Shown one piece after another: positions 1-11,543 of a stretch of DNA of 64,000 nucleotides. Position 1 is the stretch's first letter. The number at the start of each line of letters is the position of its first letter. The stretch lies in NCBI GenBank assembly GCA_965219415.1, contig CBDCNP010000002.1, forward strand, positions 5,408,001 through 5,472,000, written 5' to 3'. A model generated the notes under the pieces. It ran no database searches. It was not told the DNA's origin and was given only the letters and a program-made list of their open reading frames with translations. The position numbers and the translations under genes are program-made. Origin of the DNA: Candidatus Marinacidobacterales bacterium (GTDB lineage: Bacteria; Acidobacteriota; Vicinamibacteria; Marinacidobacterales; DATDRI01).

Positions 1-79
1 TGCGCCGGACGGTTCCCCCGCTGCTGCTCAGGGTGCCGACTACAGTAATGATGAAGGACACGCAACCGATGCACCGATG

Positions 80-204
80 GGTGCTTCCGCAGTCAAGTGT
101 TGGCGGCCGCCGCGTAACCTGTTCGCGTGCTAGACTTTTAGCCTGATTTCGAGAGGCGCAGTTCTTTCGTCGATGCCGGCTGGGCCGAGTTTTGGCACAG
201 GGCG
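80..204. mobile_element. IS1-like left-end remnant followed by a family-B rve-element end
   Basis: GGTGCTTCCGCAGTCAAGTGTTGGCGGCC matches the TIR at 35695. GGGCCGAGTTTTGGCACAGG matches the family-B end on the minus strand. Confidence 0.75.
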
Positions 205-231
205 GGGTCCAGGAGCTGATGGTAGCGGAAG

Positions 232-1902
232 TTACGGAGCTGAAGCTGTTTTTCTCTTAGACCCAAACTTGTCTCCGAAGAAATCGTCCTCGTACCACGC
301 CGGTCGTTCGGGATCTTGCGCCACCAGGTAGCCGGCCAAGAAGTTCACCGCCGCGTATCGGGCGCCCGATTCGAAGTGCATCTTTTGGTTCATGTCATCC
401 TTGGGAGTGTGGTAGCGAGTCGCTAGCCATTCCGCAAAAGCGGCTTCGGCGTCGATGTCGGGGTCGGTGGTTTGAAGCCCGACAAAGGCATAGGCGGCGG
501 GAATGCCTTGACGCACGAAGGGGAATTGATCGCTCCGAATGAAGACCGTTTCCTCCGGAATAGGATCTGGACTGAGCTCGACGTCCATTCGCGCCGCTGC
601 CCGCTCGAAAGCGTCGCCGAGACTCGAGTGCTCGCTTCCGTAGATCACCAAGTCTTTTATGGGATACACCATGAGCGCGCCGTCCATGTTGAGATTTGCG
701 ACGATCGCATCTTTGGGCACGGTGGGGTTGATGGTGAAATAATCGGCGCCCAAAAGCCCTTTTTCTTCCGCGGTGGTGGCGAGAAAAAGGATCGAGCGCT
801 TCGGCGGCACGGGCAAGTTGATGAAGGCTTGAGCCACTACCAGAAGCATGGCGGTACCGGACGCGTTATCGTAAGCGCCGTTCCAGATTTCGTCTCCGTC
901 GATGGGCTCTCCCAGTCCGTTATGATCCAAGTGGGCGCTGTAGACGAGGTATTCGTCTTTCAGCTCTGGGTCCGAGCCCTCGAGCAACGCCAGGACGTTG
1001 GGGCTTTCGAGCTCTGCATGCGAGGAAGTGGTTCGGATCTCGGCCTCGAGTGGCAGGGCGAAGCTCTTCAAACTCCCGGACTCCGCGGCGGCGAAGACTT
1101 CCTTGAGGGAAGCCGGGCCGTTTGAAAAGAGCTTCTCCGCGATGAGCGGCCTGAGAGTGGCCCCGCCTTTGAGCTGCGGCCATACATTCGCAGGGACTCC
1201 GTTTCCGTCCAGCCATCTCATTCGTATCCTGCCAGCGAAACGCGACATTCTGGCCCAGGGCCTTCGTTTCTGATCCTCCGGTGTGAGGATGGTGAGAATT
1301 CCGACCACGCCGTGGGCGGCAGCGTTCTTCGCCTTGGCGGTGCCGGAGTAATAGGCGCGCTGGTTGGAAGGAAAGCTCGCCGGCGCGCCCGACAGCGTCA
1401 CCGCGATCTTCCCCTCCGCATCCACGGCTGCGTAGTCGTCGTAGTCCAACTCGGGTGCCGTCACGCCGAAACCCACGAAGACGAGTGGCGCGCGGATCTC
1501 GCGTTGTTCACTGGTTGCGCTCGGTGAGACGACATAGTCCCTTCCACTACGCAGCGTTTTCGTCCAGCCATTGCGCCAGAGTGTTACCGAGCTCACGCTT
1601 GGGTCGAGCCTGATGCTGCGAAGGGGGACGTTTTGGAAGTAGGTGCCATCCGAACCACCCGGCTTCAGCCCCATGGCTTGAAAGGTAGCGGCGACATATT
1701 TGGCACCGAGATCGTAGCCTCGCGTTCCAGCCTCACGGCCTTCCAGCAGATCGTCTGCCAGAAACGCCATGTGAGCCTCGATCGCCTCCGGTCGAATGCG
1801 CTCCAGCGCGCGCTCGACCCCCCGAGAGGAAAGCCCGTCGGGTTGCCCACAGGCTGTGGTTAGAACGGCCAGCGCGAGGCTCGCAAAGCGAATCTTGTTC
1901 AT
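232..1902 (-). CDS. M28 family aminopeptidase with PA domain, probable lipoprotein
   Basis: Motifs SAHLDH, GAYDNASG, TAEEKGLLG, NLNMDG, RSDQFPF and YHTPKD; lipobox LTTAC. GGAG RBS precedes the ATG at 1902; the ORF-track extension to 2268 runs into IS scraps. Confidence 0.9.
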   Translation of the reverse strand: MNKIRFASLALAVLTTACGQPDGLSSRGVERALERIRPEAIEAHMAFLADDLLEGREAGTRGYDLGAKYVAATFQAMGLKPGGSDGTYFQNVPLRSIRLDPSVSSVTLWRNGWTKTLRSGRDYVVSPSATSEQREIRAPLVFVGFGVTAPELDYDDYAAVDAEGKIAVTLSGAPASFPSNQRAYYSGTAKAKNAAAHGVVGILTILTPEDQKRRPWARMSRFAGRIRMRWLDGNGVPANVWPQLKGGATLRPLIAEKLFSNGPASLKEVFAAAESGSLKSFALPLEAEIRTTSSHAELESPNVLALLEGSDPELKDEYLVYSAHLDHNGLGEPIDGDEIWNGAYDNASGTAMLLVVAQAFINLPVPPKRSILFLATTAEEKGLLGADYFTINPTVPKDAIVANLNMDGALMVYPIKDLVIYGSEHSSLGDAFERAAARMDVELSPDPIPEETVFIRSDQFPFVRQGIPAAYAFVGLQTTDPDIDAEAAFAEWLATRYHTPKDDMNQKMHFESGARYAAVNFLAGYLVAQDPERPAWYEDDFFGDKFGSKRKTASAP

Positions 1903-2021
1903 GAGATAGGTTCTCCCCATACCTTTGTAGAATATCGGATGAGCCCTATCATGGAAAACACGAACGGTGCGGTGAGATTTCGTTTTGAAGATCGGATCGA
2001 GTGTACGGAACCAGATACACC

Positions 2022-2102
2022 AGCGGAAGCTGCATGTTAGCGTGGATGACGATGGCTTCATCGTGGCGGCGAAGCTCACGAAAAGCAGCGACGACGACCC
2101 GT
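2022..2102 (+). pseudogene. IS5-family transposase internal scrap
   Basis: RKLHVSVDDDGFIVAAKLTKSSDDD resembles the RKLHLCVD region of the IS5 at 47103-48068. Confidence 0.6.
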
Positions 2103-2323
2103 TGTCGTCCGCAAAAAAGAAGGGCACCCTGCGAACGGACAAGATTCCGAGCGAAAGCGAAGGCGTTGACGAAAGCGGGCACAATATTTGAGAGCAAACG
2201 CAAGAGCGAACCTTTCCACGTTCACAATGACGTCGGATCACGTCATCTCTTCGCCGCGAAACGGCCAATCCTGGCAGGTCTAAACTGCGGAATCAACGAC
2301 GGATCGAGTTTTTGCGGAGCACA
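2103..2323 (-). mobile_element. Family-D miniature element (both ends, no transposase)
   Basis: Inverted termini TGTCGTCCGCAAAAAAG and GAGTTTTTGCGGAGCACA. Related ends occur at 5708-5763, ~40025-40059, ~51213, ~54447 and 59498. Confidence 0.7.
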
Positions 2324-2340
2324 GGCGGTTTGCGGTGGCG

Positions 2341-2604
2341 ATGATTAAGATCCAGCGACCATTAAACACTAAAAAGAGGGCTCTTCCTCGAAGCACAATC
2401 ATCGCCCTAGTCACAGTGCTCGCGGTGGCGTCCTGCACGCGGCAGAGAGCGTCCGTACACACTGATGCAAGCCCCTCGAAACTGGAGAGGGCCTGCCAGG
2501 CAGTTGATGAGGCAACCGGGTTCGAGATGACTGAGACTGACCGCGCGTGGTGCACGGGCATGATGCAGGCTTGGTATTCCGAAACTGGATACACACGACC
2601 TTGA
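2341..2604 (+). CDS. Small hypothetical lipoprotein
   Basis: Basic N-terminus, hydrophobic stretch and lipobox VASC; two further Cys in the mature part. Confidence 0.55.
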   Translation: MIKIQRPLNTKKRALPRSTIIALVTVLAVASCTRQRASVHTDASPSKLERACQAVDEATGFEMTETDRAWCTGMMQAWYSETGYTRP

Positions 2605-2759
2605 TCCAGCCGATCAGTTCACGGGTGCGAACCAGCTCCGCTATCTGCGGGCAAAAGCCAAGGATTGTCGAAGGCCTGCGGATGCTTACGAACTGACCGG
2701 GGCAGACCGGTGGGAGGCCGTCATGCGTTGCCTTGTCATCGTACGAACGCGATAGCGCC

Positions 2760-3018
2760 CGTCTGGTCAAAATACTCGAACGCATTGCGGGTCAGCAGTT
2801 TGCACCTTTCCAAGGGCCGCTTGAATCCGCCATGCGCTTAGGGAGTACGTCGTCTACCATCACCACGAGAGGAATCATCAAGGCAAGGAGAATCTGCTGC
2901 TGTTCCCAGCCAGCGACCAGTTACCTCAGTCCGAGCGCAAAGGTGCGCTCCCGTGAACGGCTTGGCGGGTTGCTACGTTTCTACCATCGGAAAGCCGCAT
3001 GAGTATTCTGACCTCACA
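2760..3018 (+). mobile_element. Family-C internally deleted rve element
   Basis: Left end CGTCTGGTCAAAATACTC is joined to the integrase C-terminus (HHERNHQGKEN...RERLGGLLRFYHRKAA) and the right end GAGTATTCTGACCTCACA. Confidence 0.8.
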
Positions 3019-3116
3019 ACCTCTAATCCGAAACATCTCTTGACATGGAAGGGACAGCCGACAGCGCACCGAGCGAGGCGCTGCGCGCGAACCTGGAATG
3101 AGCACGCGCTAATGCA

Positions 3117-4322
3117 CTATGCTCTCCATCGCCTCGTCGCCGTCAGCCAGAGCAGAGAGATGAGCTCGACCGCCAAGACGGTGAAGAAGGCCGCGCGGTA
3201 GCCTGCAGGTGCAAAGCCGTCCTCGAGCCCTGCGGACCAGCGCTCGATGATCGCGCCAATGCCGGACTGTGAGGCGAAGGCGGCGAGACAGATGAGCAGG
3301 TTCAAGCTCGTGTTGACCCGGCCGGATAGAGTGACGGCGAAGCGGCGGGTCAAGATGACGAAACTGAGCACACCGGACGCTCCGAAAAAGCCGAATAGAA
3401 GCCACAGCCCTCTTGCGGCAGCGCTCCAGTGGGACAGGATGCCGAGCTGAACCACCAGAAATGCGAGGTTCGCGACCACGAGCAAGGAAAGGATCGAGAA
3501 GCCCTTCTTTGCGCAGAGCTCACCCAAACGTCCGAACGCCAGGTAGCCGAGGGCCATACCCATCGCCATCGTCATCAAAACGCTAGCAACTTGAACTCGA
3601 TCGAGGCCGGCCACATCGCGGAGCCACGGGCCGGCCCACAGGCTTTGAATCGAGAGATAGGCCGCCTCCTGGGCGACCGAGAAGGGTGCGATGCTCCAGA
3701 AGACGCGGCTCGTGAGGATCGATTTCACTCCCTGGAGTGATTCGCCGAGGTCGGGGACGTGCGATGGCACCTTCTTCTCGGGCACCGTAACGAACAATAA
3801 CCCGGCCGCTCCCAGTGTTACGACACCCAGAGTAAGGAAGAGGCCACGCCAGTCCATGAAGCGAAGGGCCCACTCGACTGGCAGAGTGGCAGCCAGAGCG
3901 CCCGCCGAACCGACCGCCATGACGGCGCCGTTCAGGAAAGGGACGCGGTGCGAGGGTGCCCAGACGACAAATGCCTTGAACGACGCTACGAGACAGGCGG
4001 CCATCCCGAAACCGATGAGCGCCCGTCCGAGTATCAGACCCGTCGGGCTCGCGGCTCTAGAGAACACGAATGCGCCGCCGGCGGCCACAACAAGAAGGGC
4101 CGCTTCGGTTCGGCGAGTGCCCCATCGGTCGAGCGCGACACCAATGGGAAGTTGCGAGACGGCGAAAGCGAAAAAGAAGGCGCTGGTGAGAAAACCGATC
4201 ATCCAGGCGTTCAGCCCCATCGTTTCGATGAGATTCGGTGCCGCGATCGCGTTCACCGAGCGAAAGACGTGCGACAAGAAATAGCCGGCAGCGAACGGGA
4301 GAAAGACGCGGAAAACGGACAT
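3117..4322 (-). CDS. MFS transporter
   Basis: About 12 hydrophobic segments; motif-A-like GVALDRWGTRR. The ORF-track N-terminus upstream of ~4340 is an IS remnant read on the opposite strand. Confidence 0.88.
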   Translation of the reverse strand: MSVFRVFLPFAAGYFLSHVFRSVNAIAAPNLIETMGLNAWMIGFLTSAFFFAFAVSQLPIGVALDRWGTRRTEAALLVVAAGGAFVFSRAASPTGLILGRALIGFGMAACLVASFKAFVVWAPSHRVPFLNGAVMAVGSAGALAATLPVEWALRFMDWRGLFLTLGVVTLGAAGLLFVTVPEKKVPSHVPDLGESLQGVKSILTSRVFWSIAPFSVAQEAAYLSIQSLWAGPWLRDVAGLDRVQVASVLMTMAMGMALGYLAFGRLGELCAKKGFSILSLLVVANLAFLVVQLGILSHWSAAARGLWLLFGFFGASGVLSFVILTRRFAVTLSGRVNTSLNLLICLAAFASQSGIGAIIERWSAGLEDGFAPAGYRAAFFTVLAVELISLLWLTATRRWRA

Positions 4323-4340
4323 TCGATTCTCGAACATCAT

Positions 4341-4631
4341 TATCATGGAGAGCGCAATCATCAAGGGCTGAGGAACGCGTTGATCGAAGCGGAACAATGC
4401 ATCGGCAGTCCCCACGGGAAGGCGCGATGTCGTAAGCAATTGGGCGGCTTGCTCCGTTATTACCACCGCGCCGCCGCATAGGAGTTCGGGCGCACAAGCT
4501 GTACGGAACGGGATGGTCTGGAGGAGAGGTCCGCTCAGGATCACCTATCGCAGAGCCAGTGCCGCGTCGGCTGGTCTCCGCGAATTTCGAGAACGCCTCT
4601 AGGGGCTCCGTTTGCGTTTTTGGACACGACG
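4341..4631 (+). mobile_element. Family-A element: integrase C-terminus plus right end
   Basis: YHGERNHQGL...LGGLLRYYHRAAA*, then TTTTTGGACACGACG. A homologous block lies inverted at 58542-58770. Confidence 0.8.
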
Positions 4632-4734
4632 GGGCTGACGCCCCCGAGCCTCTGACGCCGGTTCACAGCCAAGACGGATTCGTGCACCAACGCCTTACGG
4701 ATGGTAAAATTCCCAAAACTAAAGGGAAGTCGTC

Positions 4735-5529
4735 ATGATTAAGGGACTGTGTTACGTGTGGGTGGCCGTGGCCGTCGGGTGTGGGGGTGGCGGTGTACCA
4801 ACTACGCCGACCAGTCCTACACCGACTCAAACGACCCCCGATCTTCTCGTCATTCCGGGCACCCTGTTTGTGGACCCTGACATCGTGACAGCGTCGGACC
4901 CGACCACCTTTCGTGCGGTGTCGTACGCTGGACGAGGGAATCGCTTGATGTTCGATAGAAGGCAAAACAGGTTTGTGACGTACAACGCGTTTCTGTTCGA
5001 TGCGGCCTTTACGGATGGATTCGGGCTGGAGATTCAGGTGAACCCTGAGTTTCAGACGTCTGACGCAGTCCGGCAAGCAGCCAAAAAGTACAGCTGGTTG
5101 ATCGGCCAGCTACCGCGAGCCCTTCGACAATCCGATTTCCAGACAGTCTGGATTCACAAGGGAGTTGAGTTGTTCGGTGGCGGCAACAACAATGTGCTTA
5201 TTCATACAGGTCAGGCAGATCTGTATGAGGCCGAAGGCATTCTTGAAGAAGCCCTCATTCACGAAGGTGCGCACACCTCGCTCGATTCCCGTCATGCTTC
5301 CTCGTCTGGCTGGATCCAAGCGCAACAAGACGACATGGATTTCATTTCAACCTACGCCCGAGATTATCCGACGCGCGAGGATCTCGCCGAGAGTTTCCCG
5401 ATGTGGATGGCCCTGCGATATCGCGAAGACAAAATCCTTCCCCGTCTGGCCGAAACCATCAAGGCCAGAATGCCACACCGGCTGGTTTACCTCGACGCTC
5501 AGCACTTCGATATGGCCCCGGTGAGGTAG
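4735..5529 (+). CDS. Hypothetical lipoprotein with HExxH zincin-like motif
   Basis: Lipobox AVGC, Pro/Thr linker, EEALIHEGAH and downstream EDLAESF. Confidence 0.7.
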   Translation: MIKGLCYVWVAVAVGCGGGGVPTTPTSPTPTQTTPDLLVIPGTLFVDPDIVTASDPTTFRAVSYAGRGNRLMFDRRQNRFVTYNAFLFDAAFTDGFGLEIQVNPEFQTSDAVRQAAKKYSWLIGQLPRALRQSDFQTVWIHKGVELFGGGNNNVLIHTGQADLYEAEGILEEALIHEGAHTSLDSRHASSSGWIQAQQDDMDFISTYARDYPTREDLAESFPMWMALRYREDKILPRLAETIKARMPHRLVYLDAQHFDMAPVR

Positions 5530-5580
5530 GGGGTTTCGATGAGCAAAGACAAACAGCAGATACGCGGCGGGTTCGTTCCC

Positions 5581-5763
5581 CGTCGTGTCCAAAAACACAA
5601 ACGAACTCAAGACCGGCTCGCCGGGAGGTTTCGGATTAGACGTGTCTACGCTTGGTTCGCCAATGGAAGCTAGAATCCTTCGGTCATGAGCGCGCCGATC
5701 CAGCTGTTGTGCTCCGCAAAAAGTCGATCCAGCGGTACGCGATCTTCTTTTTTGCGGGTCATA
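5581..5763 (+). mobile_element. Family-A left end (5581-5707) interrupted by a 56-bp family-D mini-element (5708-5763)
   Basis: CGTCGTGTCCAAAAACACAAACGAACTCAAGAC-type end also at 11817, 12670(-), 29949, 48748 and 49789. The D mini-element reads TGTGCTCCGCAAAAA...TTTTTTGCGGGTCATA. Confidence 0.8.
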
Positions 5764-5921
5764 GGACAGGAGACCGGACCTGAAGCCCGCTCCCCCGTCT
5801 GCTGACTAGGTTACTGAACCAACCCCTGAACCCACATGGTGCCAAATCCGAGCAGGACGACGGCCTTGTCTTCGAACTCGCCAGCGCCGGGGAAGACATC
5901 GACGACCAAGTGGCCGGCCAA

Positions 5922-6758
5922 TCAGAACGCGTAACGCAGGGACAGTCGAAGCCCGTGGCTCCTCAACTTCGCCCGTGTAGGAGCCAGATCGAGCGCCAAC
6001 GGTTCCCGGCTTCCATCGCGCCATTCGACCCGACCCCTGCCTTCGCCGGTCTCGATGACACCGTAATCTGTGTAACGCCAGGCAAGATCGAGCGTCGTCT
6101 GCTCAGCCAACGATATCCCCAGCCCAGCTGTAAGCATCCAGGTTAGACCACTCCGGCTGGTGCCCGGAACGAAGGTTGTCGTCCTCGGGAACGTCATGCG
6201 CGTCTCACCGATTGCAACTCGAGCGGCACCGATGCCTCCGCCGACGAATGGGCTGAGCAGACCGAGCTTGCGTAAACCCGATTCCGGGAGATCGACATAA
6301 GCGGCCAGCATACCGGACAGAGAGGATAGATCCGCAGAAACCGATTGCAGGCGTTCGGGGTCCAGGAAGTTGGCGCGACCATCGAAAGTCAATCGCGGCC
6401 AGTATTCAACGAATGCCTCCAGTCTCAAGGCGGGAGCAACAGCGTAACCTAGCCCAAGCTCCAGGCCCGCGGCCGTGCCGAAGTCCCCAACCGAACGGAG
6501 CGGCGCGCCGTCGCCGCCCCTACCACAGCCGTAAAGAGCAGCCGGGAGAACGCTCGAACAATCCTCGTCGGTGAATTGGGTTTCGGTCGGGCGGTCTACG
6601 CCGATCCCTGCTCGCAGGTAGAGGTCTTCAGCCTCGGCCGTTCCGGAGAGCAGCGACGACGACGCGATCGAAACCACTACCGCAGCGTGGCCCCAGTGGT
6701 TCCAAAGCTTCCCTGTTCGCGGGAGTGGAGTGTCAAGAGTGCGTGTCATCGGTTCCAT
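5922..6758 (-). CDS. Outer-membrane beta-barrel protein (opacity/OmpA-TM-like)
   Basis: Signal peptide, amphipathic strands (PFVGGGIG, LDLAWRYTDYG) and C-terminal LRYAF. Confidence 0.8.
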   Translation of the reverse strand: MEPMTRTLDTPLPRTGKLWNHWGHAAVVVSIASSSLLSGTAEAEDLYLRAGIGVDRPTETQFTDEDCSSVLPAALYGCGRGGDGAPLRSVGDFGTAAGLELGLGYAVAPALRLEAFVEYWPRLTFDGRANFLDPERLQSVSADLSSLSGMLAAYVDLPESGLRKLGLLSPFVGGGIGAARVAIGETRMTFPRTTTFVPGTSRSGLTWMLTAGLGISLAEQTTLDLAWRYTDYGVIETGEGRGRVEWRDGSREPLALDLAPTRAKLRSHGLRLSLRYAF

Positions 6759-6796
6759 GATAGGCTTCGCAGCACCGTCGCCAAGTCCTATTATGG

Positions 6797-7040
6797 TGAC
6801 CTGCCCCCTTCTCTGCTACAAGCCTGAATCCGTTTCGGGGCTGAGCATCAGGCTTGTTAGGCGACTCGACTTCGAGTGAACTCCTCCGGCGTGAGATAGC
6901 CGAGGGAGCTGTGAGGTCGAACCGTGTTTTAGTCCTGGCGCCATTGCTCGAAACGCTTTCGCTTCATGACCGTTCCTCTTCACGGGCATTATCTCAGCTC
7001 CGATTCCAACTCAGATTACCAGTTTTCGGGGAGCAGGTCA
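6797..7040 (-). mobile_element. IS3-family (IS407-like) internally deleted mini-IS
   Basis: TIRs TGACCTGCCCCC / GGGGAGCAGGTCA. The orfA start MKRKRF is fused to the orfB end RPHSSLGYLTPEEF. Flanks are ATGG/TTGG. Confidence 0.8.
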
Positions 7041-7120
7041 TTGGTATAACCGATCCGGAGAACCAGAATTTCTTATCTTGACAACGCCTTGAGAATCAGT
7101 CGAACGGACTGGGACGGTTG

Positions 7121-7286
7121 GGTGCTTGTGCCGTTTGCTGTTGGTGATATGTACGCATCCCTTTGCAAAAAAGGAGCTTACGCTCTATTTAGCGCGCAGC
7201 GAAGGTCGTGAGCGCTATTTTGACTGTAACTTAATGCAGCGTAAAGTCTTAGCGTCATTTCACCAACACTTAATGGCGGAAGCACC
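7121..7286. mobile_element. 166-bp IS1-like-derived MITE, copy 1
   Basis: Termini GGTGCTTGTGCCGTTTGCTGTTGGTGA and TCACCAACACTTAATGGCGGAAGCACC; homologous to 58834-58999 and 24584-24722. Confidence 0.85.
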
Positions 7287-7422
7287 TCCTGTGCCAAAAC
7301 TCGGCCCTTTTGAAATAGACCATAAATTAGAAGCTTAGTGTCTATGGTGCGCTCCCGTGAACGGCTTGGCGGGTTGCTACGTTTCTACCATCGGGAAGCC
7401 GCATGAGTATTTTGACCTCACG
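7287..7422 (+). mobile_element. Family-B end fused to a family-C right end
   Basis: TCCTGTGCCAAAACTCGGCCCTTTTGAAATAG followed by ...GAGTATTTTGACCTCACG. Confidence 0.75.
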
Positions 7423-7462
7423 GCGTGAGGACGTCGTGATGATGTCGCGCTCCTCAACCCAA

Positions 7463-7883
7463 CTAAGCGCTCTTTCCCCACGGAAAGTAGTAAAGCGCTT
7501 CGGCGGTTTTGTCGGCAGTCTCCTTACCCGCGATCTGCGCGACCAGCGCCAAGGACGCGTCGTAGGTATGCAATTCCCCAATCGAGCTGATCATGTTGCC
7601 GTCGGTGACGATGTGCTCGTTGTCGACGACCTTGGCCTCGGGAAAGCGCTTGGCCAGATCCTCGGTGCCACCGATGTAGGTGGTTACGCGGCGGCCTTCG
7701 AGTAGGCATGCCTTGCCGAGCAAGAAAGCCCCGGCGCAATTGCTGGCAACGAACTTCGCTTTTTCGGCGCGGTCCTTGATGAAACCAATTAGCTTTTCGT
7801 TGGCCAACAAGGGCTCCACGTCGAGGCCGCTGGGGACGACCAAGACATCTATCGGTGGACAATTCGCAAAGTCGTAGTCAAGT
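7463..7883 (-). pseudogene. DJ-1/PfpI family protein, 5'-truncated by IS3
   Basis: DVLVVPSG, VASNCAGAFLLG and VTDGNMISS; the N-terminus is replaced by the IS end at 7884. Confidence 0.8.
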
Positions 7884-9196
<1,313 letters not shown>

Positions 9197-9325
9197 ATTC
9201 CGACCGACTTGCATCATGAACCCGCCGTCCGGCCTGGGAGTGATTCCGGCAATGTGCACTTTTCGCGAAGACAGCTCGATGACGACGAGCACATAGTAGG
9301 TCACAAGCCTGCGGACCATGGCGAC
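9197..9325 (-). pseudogene. rve-type integrase internal scrap
   Basis: LVTYYVLVVIELSSRKVHIAGITPRPDGGFMMQVGRN. Confidence 0.7.
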
Positions 9326-9411
9326 TCCGACGTTCTGGAATGATTTTGCCGGGGGTGCGCACGGCTGGCCGGGATGCTCGTTCTCAAGACGAGCTCGCGA
9401 AGGCTTGGTTC

Positions 9412-9509
9412 TCAATCGGCTGCCGGTTGAGAGTAGCGGGAGTCTGCCGTGAGAACCGCCTTGAGCAGCACGGCCGTACCGTTCGCCACATCTTTTGGCT
9501 CAGTGAACT
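9412..9509 (-). pseudogene. C-terminal scrap, probably an M20 Zn-dependent hydrolase
   Basis: The frame reads FTEPKDVANGTAVLLKAVLTADSRYSQPAAD*, resembling carbamoylase-type M20 C-termini. Confidence 0.45.
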
Positions 9510-10234
9510 TCAAGGCGGTTCTCGCCAAGCGGTGCGAGGGTGATGTCGAAGTTGTTCTGTCGCACGTTGCCGCCGTAGTTCAGCCGGTGCCGGCTTCCGA
9601 GGAACACCGAGTGGCCGATCTCGCCGTCGAACGTCTGTGACTTGAAGTCGAGCTGCAGCGGCATCCCGGTGGCGATGTCCGGCAGCAACAGGTTCGGTGC
9701 CTTGCCGTCCAGGAAGTTCGCGAAGAACTGTATCTGCAGGTCGCCCCGCGTGTAGTTCAGCTTGCCGTAGGCCAGATATGTCCCCGACTGCATGTCGAAC
9801 GGACCGATTCCGCTGTGGACGATTCCTTCCGTGCCGGCCACGCCGCCCGAGTAAGTGATGGTGGCATCGGGCAGTTCCTGGTCGACCCGCACCTCGAACT
9901 TCGGCTGGCTGGTGCCCCGGTTCGCGAATCCTGTCCCGAAGCCGGCGGTGGCCGAGTCGAGCGGATAGAATGCCCCGCCCACGGTCTGGCTCGGCTGACG
10001 CGGGTCGTCGATCACCGGGATCTGGCCGGTCGGCCGTGCAAAGGCGTCAGACGTGAAGTAGCCGGCGCTGACGCGGTACGACAGCCGATCGCTTGGCGCC
10101 CGCGTCACGGTTGCGTTGGCGCCGAACATCGACCCGGCGCTGAGTCCCACGCCCGAGCCGTCGTTGCGGTCGATGTACCCGCCGCTGAGCGTCACCGTCG
10201 TGCCGACCGATTCCCGCGGCGGCTTGGTGATGAA
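9510..10234 (-). pseudogene. TonB-dependent receptor fragment 1 (end of plug, early barrel)
   Basis: ITKPPRESVGTTVTLSGG...YRVSAGYF...YGGNVRQNNFDITLAP. Confidence 0.7.
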
Positions 10235-10775
10235 CGAGCATCGTTAGCCCAGTGGACCTGAGCGGCTTGGCGCCGCTGCTGCCGCCACCGCTACAACCAG
10301 CCGTCGCCCAACCGTTTCCGCTCATCGTCAACGCGGTCGGCAGCGACATCCCGATCGGCGGAATGACCCAGGAGAAGTTGCTCGAGGAATCGCTGACGGC
10401 GTATGAAGTGAGCTACACTGGCGTGCTCCCGCGCGGCACGACGCTCGGCGGCTCGTTCTACGTCAACCGCCGCGACGATTCCATCAACTTCGTCTCCCTG
10501 CCGCGGTCACTCGACCCGTACACCGCGACAAATCCGCCGCCCGGCTGGCGGCTCCCGCCGTTCGTGCTAGCGCAGATAGCGCAGCGCGGGATCTTTCTGC
10601 CGCGCACGGCGTTAACATACCTGAATCTAGGTCCGATCCGCCAGACCGGCGTGGAGCTGTGGCTCGACCAGCAGTTCTCGCGCTCGGTGGCCGCGTCCGT
10701 CAACTATTCGTGGCAATCCGAGCCGAAGATCCTGGACGACCCGAACCCGTATTTGCCGGCGGAGCTCAACCTACC
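10234..10775 (+). pseudogene. TonB-dependent receptor fragment 2 (late barrel), opposite orientation
   Basis: EESLTAYEVSYTG, YLNLGPIRQTGVELW and VNYSWQSEP; runs into IS5 internal sequence. Confidence 0.7.
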
Positions 10776-11543
10776 AGAGCGAGGGATTGCTGCGGTCGTT
10801 GTTCGCTCTGATGAAGCTAGACAATGATGTGCCCGATCACACCACGATCTCGAGGCGCAAGCCGAAGCTGGGTAAGGTCCCCTTCTACCCAGTCAAGCAG
10901 AAGACGCCGTTGCACATCTTGTTCGACAGCAGCGGTCTCGCTGTCCACGCCGGCCAGCTGCGCAGAGCACAAAAGAGCGGGGACTATCGCAAGCTCCATC
11001 TGTGTGTCGACGAGCAGAGTGGCGAAGTCGTCGCCGGCGAGCTGACGAGCAAAAGAGCCCGCGATTCATCGCGGGTTGCATCGCTTGTCGGACAGATCGA
11101 CAGTCCCATCTCATCGGCCAGAGCTGACACCGCATACGACGCCGGCGGCGTCTATGAGGCAATCGAGAATCACAGCGCTCATCGCTCGCCGAGGGTGCTG
11201 ATACCGCCGCGCAAGGGCGCCCTGCTCGCATCGGGGCCGGCGAGCAGCCGACAGCGCAATCGCAACATTGCAGCACAAGCTCGGCTCGGCAAACGAAAGT
11301 GGCACACAGAATCGGGCTACAGCAAACGGAGCAAAGTCGAGACAACGTTCCATCGCTACAAGGCTATCGTGGGCTCAGCGATGCGAGCGAGAGGGTTGGC
11401 GGCACAGAGAGGTGAGGCAAGGATCGGGTGCAAGATTCTCAACACCATGACGGTGCTCGGGATGCCTGATAGCGAGATGATCGGATGATGGGAGTCGGGG
11501 CCAAGCGAGCTCTCGGCCTCTATCGGAGTTGTGCACCAAGGCA
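10776..11543 (+). mobile_element. IS5-family (IS903-like) element, 5'-truncated
   Basis: Near-identical to the 3' part of 47048-48134; right TIR GAGTTGTGCACCAAGGCA. Confidence 0.9.

Noticed and set aside
1-79. Possible second IS110-type left end and start codon
   Set aside because: Too short at the window edge to support.
9373-10242. 11-bp inverted match GATGCTCGTTC bounding an invertible segment
   Set aside because: Flipping the segment does not restore the receptor gene, and there is no adjacent invertase.
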